This document shows positions 62,947 to 64,000 of a DNA stretch of 64,000 bases, piece after piece. The stretch lies in the NCBI GenBank assembly GCA_001643675.2, contig LSRY02000050.1, positions 434,001 through 498,000 of the forward strand, in the 5' to 3' direction. The notes below the pieces were generated by a model that saw only the letters and a program-made list of their open reading frames with translations, was not told the origin of the DNA and did not search any database. The stretch comes from Monocercomonoides exilis PA203. Lineage: Eukaryota > Protista > Preaxostyla. Positions within the stretch are counted from its first letter, which is position 1. Every line of letters begins with the position of its first letter. A program made the translations under genes and the position numbers.

Positions 62947-64000
62947 AGACACGCGGATGGAGAGACTCAGAGCGGCTGGGTGCGTAAGAGAGAAACATAT
63001 TTGGAGGAATATGACGAGAAAAAGGGCGAGATATTAAAGGATAGAGGAAAAGATCAACCGCCCGAAGATATTAATGTGCACCTAGGATCTTTTTTGAGAA
63101 ACATGGAAACAAATAAAAAGTTCAAGCATGATCCTACTCCTTTACAAGATTATTATTGTTTTTACAGAGAAGAATTGAATATTTAATATGCAGTGTGTGA
63201 TGATTGGGGTTGCTCTGCTGATGCAGCAGAAGAGTGGGAGGCAGAGCATAATACACGCAGTTTTCTTTTCCACGCCTCGCGAAAGCGATAGTGGTTTTTC
63301 TTTCTGCTCCGTTTTTAATTTTCGCCTCACCGGATCCCTGCACAGCCTGCAGGAGGGAGCTCCGAGGGGTATGCCCCCTGCCCTCTGGTCTTCGAGACCA
63401 TGGCAAAAGGCGAAGTCGGCGGTGAAGTGATGCGGACAATTCAAAATACACTTATTTTTGTCTTAATGTTTTTGTCTATATTTTCATCTCGCCCTTTTTC
63501 CCACGTCATTTTGGGAGGGCGAAGTTTTCACTTAAACCGCCCATTAATCGTGAACAATACTCATTATTTCGGAGCAAATCCTGCTCACTGCGTTCTATCA
63601 AGAGTATCTGACAAACTTTTCCGAGCTTTTTCCTTCTTCAGCAAATATTTGACAAATAAAACCTATTTATTTGTGATAATTCTCCTGGTAATCGCTTTAT
63701 TATAAAGATATTGCGTTTGTGGATTATCTTGCTCGAATAACAGCATTTTCTTTTTTGCATCCAGGTGAAATGAGAAAAATGAGCACATATGCTGTTAATA
63801 ATGTAATACAAACAGTTTTCACAGAAGAATTTTAAAGGTTTGTTCTGTTTTTTTAAAGCAATATTGATTTTTTATATTTCGAATCTTTAAAGAATTGTTC
63901 TCTGAAATAAAGAATTCCTCTGTTTTTGAGCAAAAACAAATAATTAAAGAAATTAATAAATTGATTGAAAAAATGTCTAAGATGGAATTAGAGGAAGTCT

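Larger units (their letters stand above)
58594..63601 (+). mobile_element. DIRS-type tyrosine-recombinase retrotransposon (ITRs plus ICR) with a decayed pol region
   Basis: Imperfect ITRs at 58626-58693 / 63518-63586. ICR at 62850-62946 is complementary to the left end (58594-58652) and the right end (63563-63601). YR ORF present; RNase H/MTase relic motifs. Confidence 0.9.

Overview
AT-rich, intron-containing eukaryotic genomic DNA with short GT-AG introns, the standard genetic code and abundant poly-S/E/K microsatellite tracts. The gene families and style strongly suggest an oxymonad such as Monocercomonoides (inference, not verified). The left ~41 kb is accessory. It holds five full-length copies plus relics of an expanded three-exon alpha-helical gene family, beta-helix-type surface proteins, a decayed pogo/Tigger transposon, a 2.7-kb structure with perfect 463-bp inverted arms enclosing relics of the expanded family, several TA-flanked MITEs, a pseudogenised bacterial-type Fe/Mn SOD, and a dually acylated 8-exon gene that appears to use a 2-nt micro-exon. 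41.5-58 kb is a compact housekeeping block: ATG8, MOB1, NMD3, a cyclin-like gene, a tail-anchored flavodoxin-ferredoxin, a Zn-finger-like protein and an MBL-fold protein. The most notable item is a 5,008-bp DIRS-type tyrosine-recombinase retroelement (58594-63601). Its inverted termini and internal complementary region (ICR) are intact and its recombinase ORF is open, but its RT/RNase H/MTase region has decayed to relics. This suggests a non-autonomous 'YR-only' element recently mobilised in trans.
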